From Dehalococcoidia bacterium (GTDB lineage: Bacteria > Chloroflexota > Dehalococcoidia > SM23-28-2): a DNA stretch of 64,000 nt. Location: contig CP070630.1 of NCBI GenBank assembly GCA_020356025.1, positions 1,311,343 through 1,375,342 of the forward strand, given 5' to 3'. The number at the start of each line of letters is the position of its first letter. Position 1 is the first letter of the stretch. Position numbers and translations under genes: made by a program. Positions 45,003-54,450 of the stretch are shown piece after piece. The notes beneath the pieces are model-generated. The model ran no database searches. It worked only from the letters and a program-made list of their open reading frames with translations, and had not been told where the DNA came from.

Positions 45003-46313
45003 CTACGCCGTCTCGCCGCGGGCCTCTTCCGCCAGCGACTCCACCGCCTGGCCGCCGCCGCTCAAAAGGATAGCCCGGCGCCGACCGCGTATGGCCTCAG
45101 CATCCACCACGCACTTCTTGATGTCGGGATGAGAGGGGATCTCGTACATCACGTCCAGCAGGGTGTCTTCCACCACCGTGCGCAGACTGCGAGCGCCCAT
45201 CTTGTGGCGCATGGCCTCCTCAGCCGCCGCCTCCAGCGCATCCTCGGTGAATACCAGCTCTACGCCGTCCAGAGCGAAGGATCGCTGAAACTGCTTCACC
45301 AGCGCGTTCTTGGGCTCGGTGAGAATGGATACCATGGCCTGCTTGTCCAGCGATTGCAGAGGCACGATCACCGGCAAACGGCCCACGAACTCCGGTATGA
45401 GGCCGTACTCCAGCAGGTCATCGGGCGCCACATGGGTCAGAATCTCATCGCGCGCCTTGGCCGCCTCCTCCTGAGCGAGACCAGCCCGGAAGCCAAGGCT
45501 GCGCTTGCCCGTGCCTACGCGCTTGTCGACGACTGTATCGAGCCCCAGGAAGGCACCACCACATACGAAGAGAATGTTCGTGGTGCTGATCTGGATGAAG
45601 TCCTGGTGAGGATGCTTCCGACCGCCCTGAGGCGGCACATTGGCCACGGATCCTTCGATGATCTTGAGCAGCGCCTGCTGAACTCCCTCTCCTGATACGT
45701 CGCGGGTGATGGAAGGGTTATCGCCGCTCTTGCGGGCGATCTTGTCGATCTCGTCGATGTAGATGATTCCCCGCTCGGCTCGCGGGATGTCGTAGTCCGC
45801 CGCCTGGATAAGACGCAGGAGAATGTTCTCCACGTCCTCGCCCACATATCCCGCCTCGGTCAGAGCAGTGGCATCGGCGATGGTGAAGGGCGCGTCGAGA
45901 ATCTTGGCCAGGGTGCGAGCGAGGAGGGTCTTGCCGCAGCCGGTGGGGCCCAGCAGCAGGATATTGCTCTTCTCCAGCTCGACGTCAGCCGGGCGGTCAC
46001 CAGCAGTGATCCGTTTGTAGTGGTTATAGACGGCCACCGACAGGACCTTCTTGGCCTGCTCCTGGCCCACCACGTACTCGCTCAGCTGCTGATAGATCAC
46101 CTTGGGCGGCGGGACCCGCTGGAAGGGAGCCTTGCCACCGCCGCCGCCCCGAGGAACCGCCTCCTCCTCCAGAATCTCGTGGCAGAGCTCAACGCACTCA
46201 TCGCATATATAGACAGAGCTGGGACCAGCGATCAGGCGGCGCACCTGCTCCTGGCTCTTGCCGCAAAACGAGCAAACATACTGCTGCGTTCGGTTCCGGC
46301 GAGAACCTGGCAT
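45003..46313 (-). CDS. clpX: ATP-dependent Clp protease ATP-binding subunit ClpX
   Basis: N-terminal zinc finger CSFCGKSQ...CDECV, Walker A GPTGCGKT, and IYIDEIDK. Confidence 0.97.
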   Translation of the reverse strand: MPGSRRNRTQQYVCSFCGKSQEQVRRLIAGPSSVYICDECVELCHEILEEEAVPRGGGGGKAPFQRVPPPKVIYQQLSEYVVGQEQAKKVLSVAVYNHYKRITAGDRPADVELEKSNILLLGPTGCGKTLLARTLAKILDAPFTIADATALTEAGYVGEDVENILLRLIQAADYDIPRAERGIIYIDEIDKIARKSGDNPSITRDVSGEGVQQALLKIIEGSVANVPPQGGRKHPHQDFIQISTTNILFVCGGAFLGLDTVVDKRVGTGKRSLGFRAGLAQEEAAKARDEILTHVAPDDLLEYGLIPEFVGRLPVIVPLQSLDKQAMVSILTEPKNALVKQFQRSFALDGVELVFTEDALEAAAEEAMRHKMGARSLRTVVEDTLLDVMYEIPSHPDIKKCVVDAEAIRGRRRAILLSGGGQAVESLAEEARGETA

Positions 46314-46352
46314 AGCTTTCTATCGTCCTCCCAAGAGAATCGACTCCCGCTT

Positions 46353-46361
46353 ATTATAGCA
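46353..46361 (-). promoter_or_regulatory. extended -10 TGCTATAAT of clpX (own promoter, separate from clpP)
   Basis: Minus strand TTCTTG, 17 nt spacer, TGCTATAAT, about 40 nt upstream of ATG 46313 (SD GGGAGG). Confidence 0.5.
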
Positions 46362-46503
46362 GACGCTCACCCATACAAGAATATGACAAGCTACCGGGGA
46401 AACAACAAGAAGAAAATTCGCTCTGGGCCGAAGCGCCCATGAAGTCCCATCCGCGGCCGCACCAGGATCTCGCCTATGATGCCCTGTTCTTTGGCCTATT
46501 CGC

Positions 46504-47121
46504 TCAGTCTGAAGCCACCGCTGGCACACCAGGCTGGAGGATCTGGTCTATGATGCCGTACTCTTTAGCCTGCTCAGCGTCCATAAAGAAGTTCCGGTCG
46601 GAGTCGCGAGCTATGCGCTCCTGCTCCTGGCCGGTGTGCTTGGCCAGGATATCGCGGATAACCTCCTGGTTGCGCAGGATCTCTTTGGCATAGATCTCGA
46701 TGTCGGCCGCCTCTCCCGTAGCCCCGCCACGCGCCTGGTGGATGTGAACCGTGGAATGAGGCAGCGCGTAGCGCTTCCCCTTGGTGCCGGCCGTCAGAAG
46801 GACGGTGGCCATGCTCGCGCACATGCCCACGCAGATCGTGGCGATGTCGCAGCGGGCCAGTTGCATCGTATCGTAGATGGCCAGCCCAGCGCTGATGGCG
46901 CCGCCTGGCGAATTCATGTAGAGGTTGATGTCCTTCTCGGGATCCTCACGCTCCAGGTAGAGGAGCTGGGCGATGATAAGATTGGCTATCTGATCATCGA
47001 TAGGCATGCCCAGGAAGATGATGCGTTCCTTCAGGAGCAGCGAGTAGATGTCGAAGGCACGCTCGCCCCGAGGGCTAGTCTCGACCACGTAGGGAATTAT
47101 CATGCCAGGCTTGCTGTGCAT
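46504..47121 (-). CDS. clpP: ATP-dependent Clp protease proteolytic subunit
   Basis: [19 protein letters not shown], catalytic GMCASMA Ser, and the HQ...G His region. Start placed at ATG 47121, 8 nt after AAGGAG. GTG 47130 (GTGA overlap with the tig stop) is the alternative. Confidence 0.95.
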   Translation of the reverse strand: MHSKPGMIIPYVVETSPRGERAFDIYSLLLKERIIFLGMPIDDQIANLIIAQLLYLEREDPEKDINLYMNSPGGAISAGLAIYDTMQLARCDIATICVGMCASMATVLLTAGTKGKRYALPHSTVHIHQARGGATGEAADIEIYAKEILRNQEVIRDILAKHTGQEQERIARDSDRNFFMDAEQAKEYGIIDQILQPGVPAVASD

Positions 47122-47126
47122 GGACC

Positions 47127-48467
47127 TCACTCCTTGCTGCCAACCTCGCTCTTGCCGACTTCTTCTTCCGCGGCCTCGGCCGGTGGCGGCACCTCATCTC
47201 CCGAAGCGATGGCCACCAACCGCTCCACGGTCTTGCGGGTGAGCAGAGAGCGTCTCAGGGCATCGCGGCCGCCGGCGCCGCCGAAGATTTTCCGTACCTC
47301 GTCTCCTCGCGGCCCCGATGAGTCCACCAAGCGCTCGATCTCGGCATCGACGTCCTCCTCGCTCACCGAGATCGCTTCCGCCTCTGCCGCCTTGCTCAGC
47401 ACCAGCGAGCGCTGGATCCGCTCGACGGCTTGAAGGCGCAGATCCTGCCGCACCTCCTCCTCCGACTTGCCCACATGCTTCAGATAACGCTCCACGTCCC
47501 CAGCTCCGCTGGAGCTAACCCGCTCGCGCAATAGTTGTTCCGTCTCCCGCTCCGTCAGCACCGGCGGGAACTCCAGAGAGGCGGCAGCCACCACTCCATC
47601 CACCACCTTCTCCCCATAACGGGCGTCCGCCTCCTGCTCAGCCGACTGCCGCAGGTCTGATTCCAACCGCTCTCGCAAGGCCTCCAGGCTGGGGAAGCCC
47701 TCCCCCACGACGGCGGCAAACGTGTCATTCAGCTCCGGCAGCTTCTCCTCCTTGATCTCCCTCACTACCACCGTGCACACGCAGGTCTTGCCGGCCAGCA
47801 CCCGCTGAGGGTGGTCCGGCGACACGTCTATGCTGAACTCCCGCTCGACGCCCTTCCCGCTGGACAGAAGCTCCTCCACAAAACCGGGCACCAAGACAGG
47901 CACCCCCTGGCGCAGGTGGATCTCGGCGTCGTCCTCGGTGAAGACCTGGCGGCCGTCCACGCTGACCCGAACGTCTGCCCGCACCCGGTCGCCCATCTGC
48001 ACAGGCCTGTCCACAGGCTCCAGGATGGCGTAGCGATGGCGTAGCTCTTCGATCTTCTCGTTCACCTGTTCCTCGCCCACCGTCACCGGCTCTCGCTCCA
48101 CCCTCACCTCTCGGTAGCCCCCCAGATCAACGTTGGGGCGAACGGCCACGGTGGCCTTGAAGATGAGCGGCTCCTGCTGCACGACCTCGATGTTGGGATA
48201 GTCGATGGCTTCGACGTTCTCCTCCTCGATGGCCTGATTGTAGGCCTCCGGGATCAGCAGCCCCAGCGCCTCCTGCATGACGGCGTCTCGGCCCACGTAG
48301 CGTTCCAGCACGTGGCGCGGTGTCTTCCCTTTGCGAAAGCCGGGAACTTCCGTCTTCTGCGCCAGCTGCCGATATGCCCGAGCCAGCGACCGCTCCAGAC
48401 GCTCGGGCTCGACCTCGATCTCTAGGACAACCTGGCTCTCAGGAATGCGTTCGGTGGAAACTTTCAC
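47127..48467 (-). CDS. tig: trigger factor
   Basis: N-terminal ribosome-binding GFRKGKTP motif, a central FKBP-like domain and a C-terminal domain. GTG start. tig-clpP-clpX order. Confidence 0.92.
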   Translation of the reverse strand: MKVSTERIPESQVVLEIEVEPERLERSLARAYRQLAQKTEVPGFRKGKTPRHVLERYVGRDAVMQEALGLLIPEAYNQAIEEENVEAIDYPNIEVVQQEPLIFKATVAVRPNVDLGGYREVRVEREPVTVGEEQVNEKIEELRHRYAILEPVDRPVQMGDRVRADVRVSVDGRQVFTEDDAEIHLRQGVPVLVPGFVEELLSSGKGVEREFSIDVSPDHPQRVLAGKTCVCTVVVREIKEEKLPELNDTFAAVVGEGFPSLEALRERLESDLRQSAEQEADARYGEKVVDGVVAAASLEFPPVLTERETEQLLRERVSSSGAGDVERYLKHVGKSEEEVRQDLRLQAVERIQRSLVLSKAAEAEAISVSEEDVDAEIERLVDSSGPRGDEVRKIFGGAGGRDALRRSLLTRKTVERLVAIASGDEVPPPAEAAEEEVGKSEVGSKE

Positions 48468-48492
48468 GCGCTATCCGACCCTCCGGATAGAC

Positions 48493-48501
48493 ATTATAGC
48501 A
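48493..48501 (-). promoter_or_regulatory. extended -10 TGCTATAAT of tig
   Basis: Minus strand CCCATGCTATAATGTC, 25 nt upstream of GTG 48467. Confidence 0.5.
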
Positions 48502-48616
48502 TGGGCGGACAGATACGCTCTATATGGCAACTCTTGTCCCGTAGCAGGGCTCCCTACCATCGCCGCGGGCCTCCCTGCGGCGGACAAGGCGCTAGCCGCC
48601 GAGCATCTCGCAACTG

Positions 48617-50719
48617 TCAGCTAGTGCCGATGCGGCTCCACTGAACCGAGTAGGGGCCCAGGGGACCGCTAACAGTGTCACCGGACGAATCGTAGGTGTA
48701 GTCGGCCTCCCAGGGATAGGTTTCCCCCTCGCTCGGACACCGTGCCGACCCTTCAACGTGGAGAGTATCCCCCTCGACGCTGCCAGAGCCCGTCCCTGTC
48801 GCAGAAGTCCCGGGGCAGGCAAAGGCCGCCTTGTCGTCGACTATTGTGACGTGGTAGATGCCGCCGCCACCACCACCGACCGCAAGTGTCTGATGGCTGC
48901 CATCGAAGTCGGTGGACTCCCAAGCGCCGATGAATGGACTCTCTGAAGCCGCGCCGCCTGGTGCGATGGGCATCGTGCAGCTCACAGGCGCCGTGACCAG
49001 AATAAGGAAGGCGTCGTACCTGTTCAGCAGTCCCATGTTGGAGATGTCCGGCCGGTCGGGGAAGTAGCGTTCCCAGCCTCCACCGACCAACCGATAGGCC
49101 GCCGCGTAGCTCCCTGCCGCACAGGCGAAGGCGTTCTGCGGCGGAGTGCCGTCGGGATCTGTCCAGCCATCGTTCTGCCAGCCGACGCCCCAGTCCAGCG
49201 TGCGTTCAGTGCCTGGCGGGTCGGCTACCGGCATCTCGCAGGTCACATCGCCGGTAATGAGGATGAGAAAGGCGTCGTACGGCTCCAGCGGTCCCATGTT
49301 GGAGATGTCCGGCCGGTCGGGGAAGTGGCGCTCCCAGCCTCCGCCCACCAATCGATAGGCAGCGGCGTAGTTGCCCGCCGCGCAGGCGAAGGCATCCTCA
49401 GGGGTGGAAGCCGCGCTCCAGGTGGCGTTCTGCCAGCCGGGGCCCCAGACCAGCGTGCGGGTCGGCCCGGCAGGCGGGGTAGCCGTGGCGGTGGCCGTAG
49501 GCGTGGTTGTCGCTGTGGGCGTCGGGCTCGGCGTCGGCGCTGAACAACTGTCCGGCGCGATGAACGGCTCGAAGTCAACGAGCCCCTGCGCCGGGTCGTC
49601 CACCTGGTGGTAGATCTCCTGCTCGATCTCGGCCGCCGTGCACAGTCCCCAGTTGTTGTGCTCGGCGTTCACGCCAGCGGTAGGGCCATCCATCTCCACC
49701 AGATAGTAGATGTCACCGAGGGTGCCTCCCGAGTTCACGAACGTGTTCGCCTCCGCTGGGCTGCCGCCGATGGTCGCGGTCAGCGTGAAGGCATCAGCCG
49801 GGTCCCAGTCATAAAGGTAGATGGGGCTCCTGATCTGGGTGAAGGTGTTTCGGCTGATGGTGACGGAGGTGCTGAGGGCGCTCTGCGGCGTTGCATCGAT
49901 CCCGTAATAGTCCGCGTCGCTTAGGTTGTTATCCGTGACCGTGACGGGACTGCCGGAAACGTAGAGGGTAGAGTTGGCGGTGCCTGCCGATATCTGGTTG
50001 TTCTGCACCACCATGTCGTTGCCGATGGCGGTCACGGTGCCGTTGGTCACCACGTTCCCCGCGATCGTACCCCGATCGCCATCCAGGCTGAGAGCGGTAC
50101 CACCACCGGCGTCGACGGTGTTGCTCCAGAGGCCGGAGTCGTCGCAGTAGCAAGCGATTCCCCCCGGGCCGTTGTCATGGACGTTGTTCCTGAGAATGTT
50201 CACGTTCGTGGGAGCGGGCATCCCGCCCGCTGACACAGCCCACGAAGTGGCGTTGCGGATCTCATTGTCCTGGATCGTAACGTAGTTCCCGGCGCTCGCA
50301 ATGCCAGACGTGCTGGCTCCGAATCCGGAAGGCGGAGTAAGATCCAGGTCCAGACCTTCGAGTGTGACGCCGTCGGCTCTAATGTCGAAGAGGGCGCTAG
50401 ACCCCCCGTCGTGGTGAACGGTGGCCACTCCATCGTCCACCGCGGTGGCGCCCGGGCCGGTGATCGTCAGGGAAACGTTGATCACGAGCGTTTGCTCTGG
50501 GTAGTCGCCCTCGCAGACGCGGATCGTGTCGTCATTCGTCGCCACAGCGAGAGCCTGGGTGATGGTCGGATAATCAGGGGGGCTGCCGTCAACGCAGTCG
50601 GAAGAGTCATCATCGACCACCCAGGTTCCCCCAACAGCCGCGACCGGCGGCGTGACGGTGGGATATACCATCAGAGCAAGTGCGAGGATCAGCAGATACA
50701 GCGTACCTCGATGCAACAT
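48617..50719 (-). CDS. secreted right-handed parallel beta-helix repeat protein with Thr/Pro linker and tandemly duplicated C-terminal domains
   Basis: Signal peptide MLHRGTLYLLILALALMVYPTV. Beta-helix/NosD-like repeats (NNVHDNGPGGIA, GNVVTNGTVTAIGNDMVVQNNQI, VTDNNLSD). Linker PTPSPTPTATTTPTATATATPP, followed by two ~80-aa paralogous domains. Start set to ATG 50719 behind AAAGGAG. Confidence 0.75.
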   Translation of the reverse strand: MLHRGTLYLLILALALMVYPTVTPPVAAVGGTWVVDDDSSDCVDGSPPDYPTITQALAVATNDDTIRVCEGDYPEQTLVINVSLTITGPGATAVDDGVATVHHDGGSSALFDIRADGVTLEGLDLDLTPPSGFGASTSGIASAGNYVTIQDNEIRNATSWAVSAGGMPAPTNVNILRNNVHDNGPGGIACYCDDSGLWSNTVDAGGGTALSLDGDRGTIAGNVVTNGTVTAIGNDMVVQNNQISAGTANSTLYVSGSPVTVTDNNLSDADYYGIDATPQSALSTSVTISRNTFTQIRSPIYLYDWDPADAFTLTATIGGSPAEANTFVNSGGTLGDIYYLVEMDGPTAGVNAEHNNWGLCTAAEIEQEIYHQVDDPAQGLVDFEPFIAPDSCSAPTPSPTPTATTTPTATATATPPAGPTRTLVWGPGWQNATWSAASTPEDAFACAAGNYAAAYRLVGGGWERHFPDRPDISNMGPLEPYDAFLILITGDVTCEMPVADPPGTERTLDWGVGWQNDGWTDPDGTPPQNAFACAAGSYAAAYRLVGGGWERYFPDRPDISNMGLLNRYDAFLILVTAPVSCTMPIAPGGAASESPFIGAWESTDFDGSHQTLAVGGGGGGIYHVTIVDDKAAFACPGTSATGTGSGSVEGDTLHVEGSARCPSEGETYPWEADYTYDSSGDTVSGPLGPYSVQWSRIGTS
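48971..49207 (-). repeat. in-frame coding tandem duplication, unit 2 (237 nt)
   Basis: Aligns with 49232-49462 with one 6-nt indel. Includes a 36-nt identical run, GTCCCATGTTGGAGATGTCCGGCCGGTCGGGGAAGT (plus-strand reading). Confidence 0.85.
49232..49462 (-). repeat. in-frame coding tandem duplication, unit 1 (231 nt)
   Basis: Protein level: ...WGPGWQNATW...AFACAAGNYAAAYRLVGGGWERHFPDRPDISNMGPLEPYDAFLILI... against ...WGVGWQNDGW...AFACAAGSYAAAYRLVGGGWERYFPDRPDISNMGLLNRYDAFLILV... Confidence 0.85.
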
Positions 50720-50835
50720 GGGAACCACTCCTTTCACGACATCCGCTGTCCGGCCATGGGCAGCGACTAGCCTGGAGAGCGTACCTCCGCAGCGGCATTA
50801 TAGCATCCCGCCCTTCTACGAGAGAGCCAGCCAGC

Positions 50836-51801
50836 TCAGCCCCGCCGCGGGCTCAGAACGTCGTTGAGTGCGTCGCCCAGCAGGTTGAACGCGAACAGCA
50901 GCAGCGCCACCACCGTCGCCGGCACCAGGAGGAGATGAGGGTGAGCGCGCAGGCTGCTCAAATCGCTGCCGGCCGCAATCATGGCACCAAAGCTGGGATG
51001 TGGATACGTGATGCCGATTCCCAGCCAGCTCAGCATAATCTCCGTCCCCGCCATGGCCCCCAGCGAGAAGGTGATGCTGACGATGATGATGTTGCCCACG
51101 TTGGGCAAGAGATGCCTGGAAAGGATCCGCCCCAGCGAGGCGCCCGAAGCACGCGCCGCCAGCACGTAGTCGCTCTCCCGCAGGGAGAGAACCTGGGAGC
51201 GGATCAGGCGGGCGATGCCCACCCAACCGAACAGGGCCAGGGCGCCGAACACCAGGAAGTAGTCGGGCGCGCCCGCTTCAACCAGACCTCCCGCCACGGG
51301 CCACGACTCGAATTTGTCGAACAGGTCCTCAACGCGGGGTCTGACGGTGGCAGTGATCAGAAGCAAGAGCAGGATATCGGGAAGGGCAAAGAAGGCATCG
51401 GCCACCCGCATGATGAAGTTGTCCACCGGCCCGCCGGCGTAGCCCGCCAGCAGGCCCAATCCCACCCCCAGCACCAGACCGCCGGTCAAGATGGCGGCGG
51501 CGCTGATGATGACAGTGGTCTGCGAGGCCCAGATCACCCGACTGAGCATGTCACGACCCAGGCGGTCGGTCCCCAATGGGTGGGCCAGGCTGGGACCGGC
51601 GAAGGTATTGTCCAGGTCCTGTTCGTTGTAGCCGTACGGCGATACCACGGGAGCAAGGAGGCCCGCCAGATAGATGACCAGAATCACCACCAGGCAGAAC
51701 ATCGCCAGCCGCTTACGCAGCAGCCGCCGCAGGGCCGTCGCGCCGAAGCCGGGGCGTGCCTCTTCCACCGGCTGTTCCAGGCCCAGCTCCGCTTCCGTCA
51801 T
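50836..51801 (-). CDS. ABC transporter permease (peptide/nickel, OppC/DppC type)
   Basis: Six-TM BPD-type permease with the EAA-like loop (ARASGASLGRILSRHLLPN). Start set to ATG 51801, directly after the upstream TAG. Confidence 0.9.
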   Translation of the reverse strand: MTEAELGLEQPVEEARPGFGATALRRLLRKRLAMFCLVVILVIYLAGLLAPVVSPYGYNEQDLDNTFAGPSLAHPLGTDRLGRDMLSRVIWASQTTVIISAAAILTGGLVLGVGLGLLAGYAGGPVDNFIMRVADAFFALPDILLLLLITATVRPRVEDLFDKFESWPVAGGLVEAGAPDYFLVFGALALFGWVGIARLIRSQVLSLRESDYVLAARASGASLGRILSRHLLPNVGNIIIVSITFSLGAMAGTEIMLSWLGIGITYPHPSFGAMIAAGSDLSSLRAHPHLLLVPATVVALLLFAFNLLGDALNDVLSPRRG

Positions 51802-51802
51802 G

Positions 51803-52786
51803 CTAGTACCTCGGCCCTCCCCCACCCAACCGCACGCGTGGGTCGATGAAGCCATAGGTGATGTCAGTGATCAGGTTGGCCACGATGAAGGCACTGGCTG
51901 TTATCAGGGTGACGGCCATGATCACGTCGTAATCACGATTGCCCACCGCCTCCCAGGTGAACTGGCCGATGCCGGGGATCCCGAACAGCGTCTCCACAAA
52001 CAGGGAGCCGCCCAGCAGGCCCACCAGAGCGAAGCCAACGATGGTGGTCATGGGCAGAAGCGCATTGCGGGCCACGTGACGGCTGATCACCACCACCTCC
52101 CGCAGGCCCTTAGCCCGCGCCGTGCGCACAAAGTCCTCGTCCAGCACCTCCAGGGTCTGGGCGCGCATCAGTCGGGCCACCGCAGCGATGCCCGGCAGGG
52201 ACAGCGCCAGAATGGGCATGATGATCCGCTTATCAAGAATTCCGATCTTCATGCCAAGGATGTCCCTCTCCTCCCAGCCACTGCTGGGCAGCCAGCCCAG
52301 CTTGATGGCAAATATGAACTGCAGAATGGGTATGATCACTAGCACAGGAACAGATCTGAAGAATAGAAAAATGCTGATCGTCAAGGGGTCCTGCCAGCTT
52401 CCCTGCCTGAGAGCCGCCCAGATACCTGCAGGGATGCCGATGGCGAAGATGATGACCAGCGCCACCAGATTGTACTGGATAGTGACCCACATCTTGTCGA
52501 AGATGATGTCCTCCACGGGCACGCCCCGAGGGGCAAAGGTAGTGCCCAGGTCGCCGTGGAGCACATCCCACATATAGTTCCCGTATTGGATAAAGAACGG
52601 ATCGTCCAGGCCCCGCTCGTGGCGGATGCGCTCCACCACCTCCGGGTTGTGATATTGCCCCTGCAGGATCTCCACCGGGTCGCCCGGACCGAAGCGGCCC
52701 AGAGCGAAGGTAGCCAGCGATACGGCCAGAAGAACAAACGGCGCCCAGACAAGGCGCCGCACTACAAAGGGGAGTATGCCCTGCAT
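51803..52786 (-). CDS. ABC transporter permease (peptide/nickel, OppB/DppB type)
   Basis: MQGILPFVVRRLVWAPFVLLAVSLATFAL N-terminus typical of OppB/DppB. EAA loop TARAKGLREVVVISRHVARNAL. Confidence 0.9.
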   Translation of the reverse strand: MQGILPFVVRRLVWAPFVLLAVSLATFALGRFGPGDPVEILQGQYHNPEVVERIRHERGLDDPFFIQYGNYMWDVLHGDLGTTFAPRGVPVEDIIFDKMWVTIQYNLVALVIIFAIGIPAGIWAALRQGSWQDPLTISIFLFFRSVPVLVIIPILQFIFAIKLGWLPSSGWEERDILGMKIGILDKRIIMPILALSLPGIAAVARLMRAQTLEVLDEDFVRTARAKGLREVVVISRHVARNALLPMTTIVGFALVGLLGGSLFVETLFGIPGIGQFTWEAVGNRDYDVIMAVTLITASAFIVANLITDITYGFIDPRVRLGGGGPRY

Positions 52787-52812
52787 CTGCTTCTACATCT
52801 CGCCGCCGCGGC

Positions 52813-54450
52813 TTACTCCTCGACCTGAACGTAGCGGAGACGCGGGATGACGAACGGAGGGAGGGTATAGCCCTCAACGTAGGGCTTGATGAGCACGCTG
52901 AACTTGTCGTGAAACAGGGGTATCCAGGGCGCCTCGTTGACGATGATCTGCTCCGCCTGCTGGTACAACGACATCCGCGTGGCCTCGTCCGTCTCCGTGT
53001 CCGCCTGCTCCAGCAGGCGATCCACTTCCGAATTGGCGTAGTGGCTGTAGTTGTTGTTGCTGCCGCTGTAGAACTGGATCTTCAGGAAGTTCTCCGGGTC
53101 AGGGTAGTCGGCCACCCAGCCTAGCTCGAACATCTGGTATTCGCCATCGCGGAGATCGCTAAGGAAGGTGGCGAACTCCGTCTGGCGGGTGGACACGCTC
53201 ACTCCCAGGTTCTCCTGCCACATGAACAGAATGGCCTCGCTCACTGGCCCCACGCTGGCCCCCCGTCCCGAGGAGGCAATCTCCATGTCGGGCAGCCCGT
53301 CGGGCCCGCCGTACTCGGACTCCGCCAGCAGTTGCTGCGCCTTCTCCACATCGAATTCCAGCCCCTGGAGCTCCTCGTTGAAGCCGGGGATGCCCGGCGG
53401 CAGGATGCCATCGGCCTCGACCACCGCATCCAGCAGCACCACCTCGATGAGCTTGTCCTTGTCGATGGCGTGCGCGAAAGCCTGGCGCACCTTGGGGTCA
53501 TCGAAGGGTGGCGTCCCTACGTTGAAGCCGATGTACCAGATGTCCATGCGAGGCGCTTCATGGAAGTCCTGATTGAGAGGCTCGGCCGGATCACGCACCC
53601 GCTCGATGTCGTTCAGGCCGACGCCGGTGACGTCGATCTCATCGTTCTCATACATGGTGATGGCCGACCCACCGCCCAAGGTGTACTCCACGCGGCCCAG
53701 CGATGCCGCCCCCAGGTGATAACGGCTGTTGGGCTCCAGAACGATGCGCTGTCCCAGGTCCCACTCCTTCAGCTTGAAGGGCCCGGTGGCATTGGGCCTG
53801 CGCTGCCAGTTGGTGTTGCTGAAACAGGTGCTCCCGTCCACCTGCCGGCGGTCCACCACGAAGCCGGTGGGATAGGTCAGCTTGGCCAGGAAGTAGGGCT
53901 TGGGTGCGTCGATGGTGATGCGAAGCGTGTAGCTGTCCACCGCCTCGATGCCCGTGACCTCGTCGGCATCGCCGTCGATGAACTCCTCGGCCCCCACGAT
54001 ATCGCCCAGATAGACCTCGGCCACCGTGGACTGGGTGTCGGGGTCGAGAGCGCGCTCCATGGAGTACTTGACGTCGCTGGCGGTCACCTGACGGTCCCCC
54101 TTGTGAAAGAGGACGCCTCGCCGCAGCTCAAAAGTGTAGACCGTGCCGTCGTCGCTCACGTCCCAGCGCTCGGCGATGTCCGGCACGATCTGCTGCTCGC
54201 GGTCGATGGTCACCAGGCCGCCGAAGACCTCCACGATGTAGTTAGCGGAGTCGACGTCGCTGGCGCAGGCGGGGTCGAGGGTCAGAGGGTCGCGGCCCAG
54301 CAGCCGCAGCTCGCCGCCGGTCACGGGCGCCGCCGGCGTCCCCTCGTCCGAGGGGCCCCCTTCCTCGCCGCCACAGCCACCCAGGAGAGCCATCACGCCA
54401 ACGACCACGGCGGCCAGACCGTAACAGCCAGAACGCAGAAACAGCCTCAA
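52813..54450 (-). CDS. ABC transporter substrate-binding lipoprotein, family 5 (peptide/oligosaccharide)
   Basis: Lipobox LLGGC. SBP_bac_5 pattern (GGELRLLGRDPLTLDP, WDVSDDGTVYTFELRRGVLFH). TTG start overlapping the aspS stop (TTGA). Confidence 0.9.
   Translation of the reverse strand: MRLFLRSGCYGLAAVVVGVMALLGGCGGEEGGPSDEGTPAAPVTGGELRLLGRDPLTLDPACASDVDSANYIVEVFGGLVTIDREQQIVPDIAERWDVSDDGTVYTFELRRGVLFHKGDRQVTASDVKYSMERALDPDTQSTVAEVYLGDIVGAEEFIDGDADEVTGIEAVDSYTLRITIDAPKPYFLAKLTYPTGFVVDRRQVDGSTCFSNTNWQRRPNATGPFKLKEWDLGQRIVLEPNSRYHLGAASLGRVEYTLGGGSAITMYENDEIDVTGVGLNDIERVRDPAEPLNQDFHEAPRMDIWYIGFNVGTPPFDDPKVRQAFAHAIDKDKLIEVVLLDAVVEADGILPPGIPGFNEELQGLEFDVEKAQQLLAESEYGGPDGLPDMEIASSGRGASVGPVSEAILFMWQENLGVSVSTRQTEFATFLSDLRDGEYQMFELGWVADYPDPENFLKIQFYSGSNNNYSHYANSEVDRLLEQADTETDEATRMSLYQQAEQIIVNEAPWIPLFHDKFSVLIKPYVEGYTLPPFVIPRLRYVQVEE

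Noticed and set aside
48971-49462. Tandem ~235-bp repeats, considered as a possible CRISPR array or satellite
   Set aside because: There are only two units. They are in frame inside a long ORF and conserved at protein level, with no short spacer/repeat periodicity. This is a coding domain duplication, not a CRISPR array.
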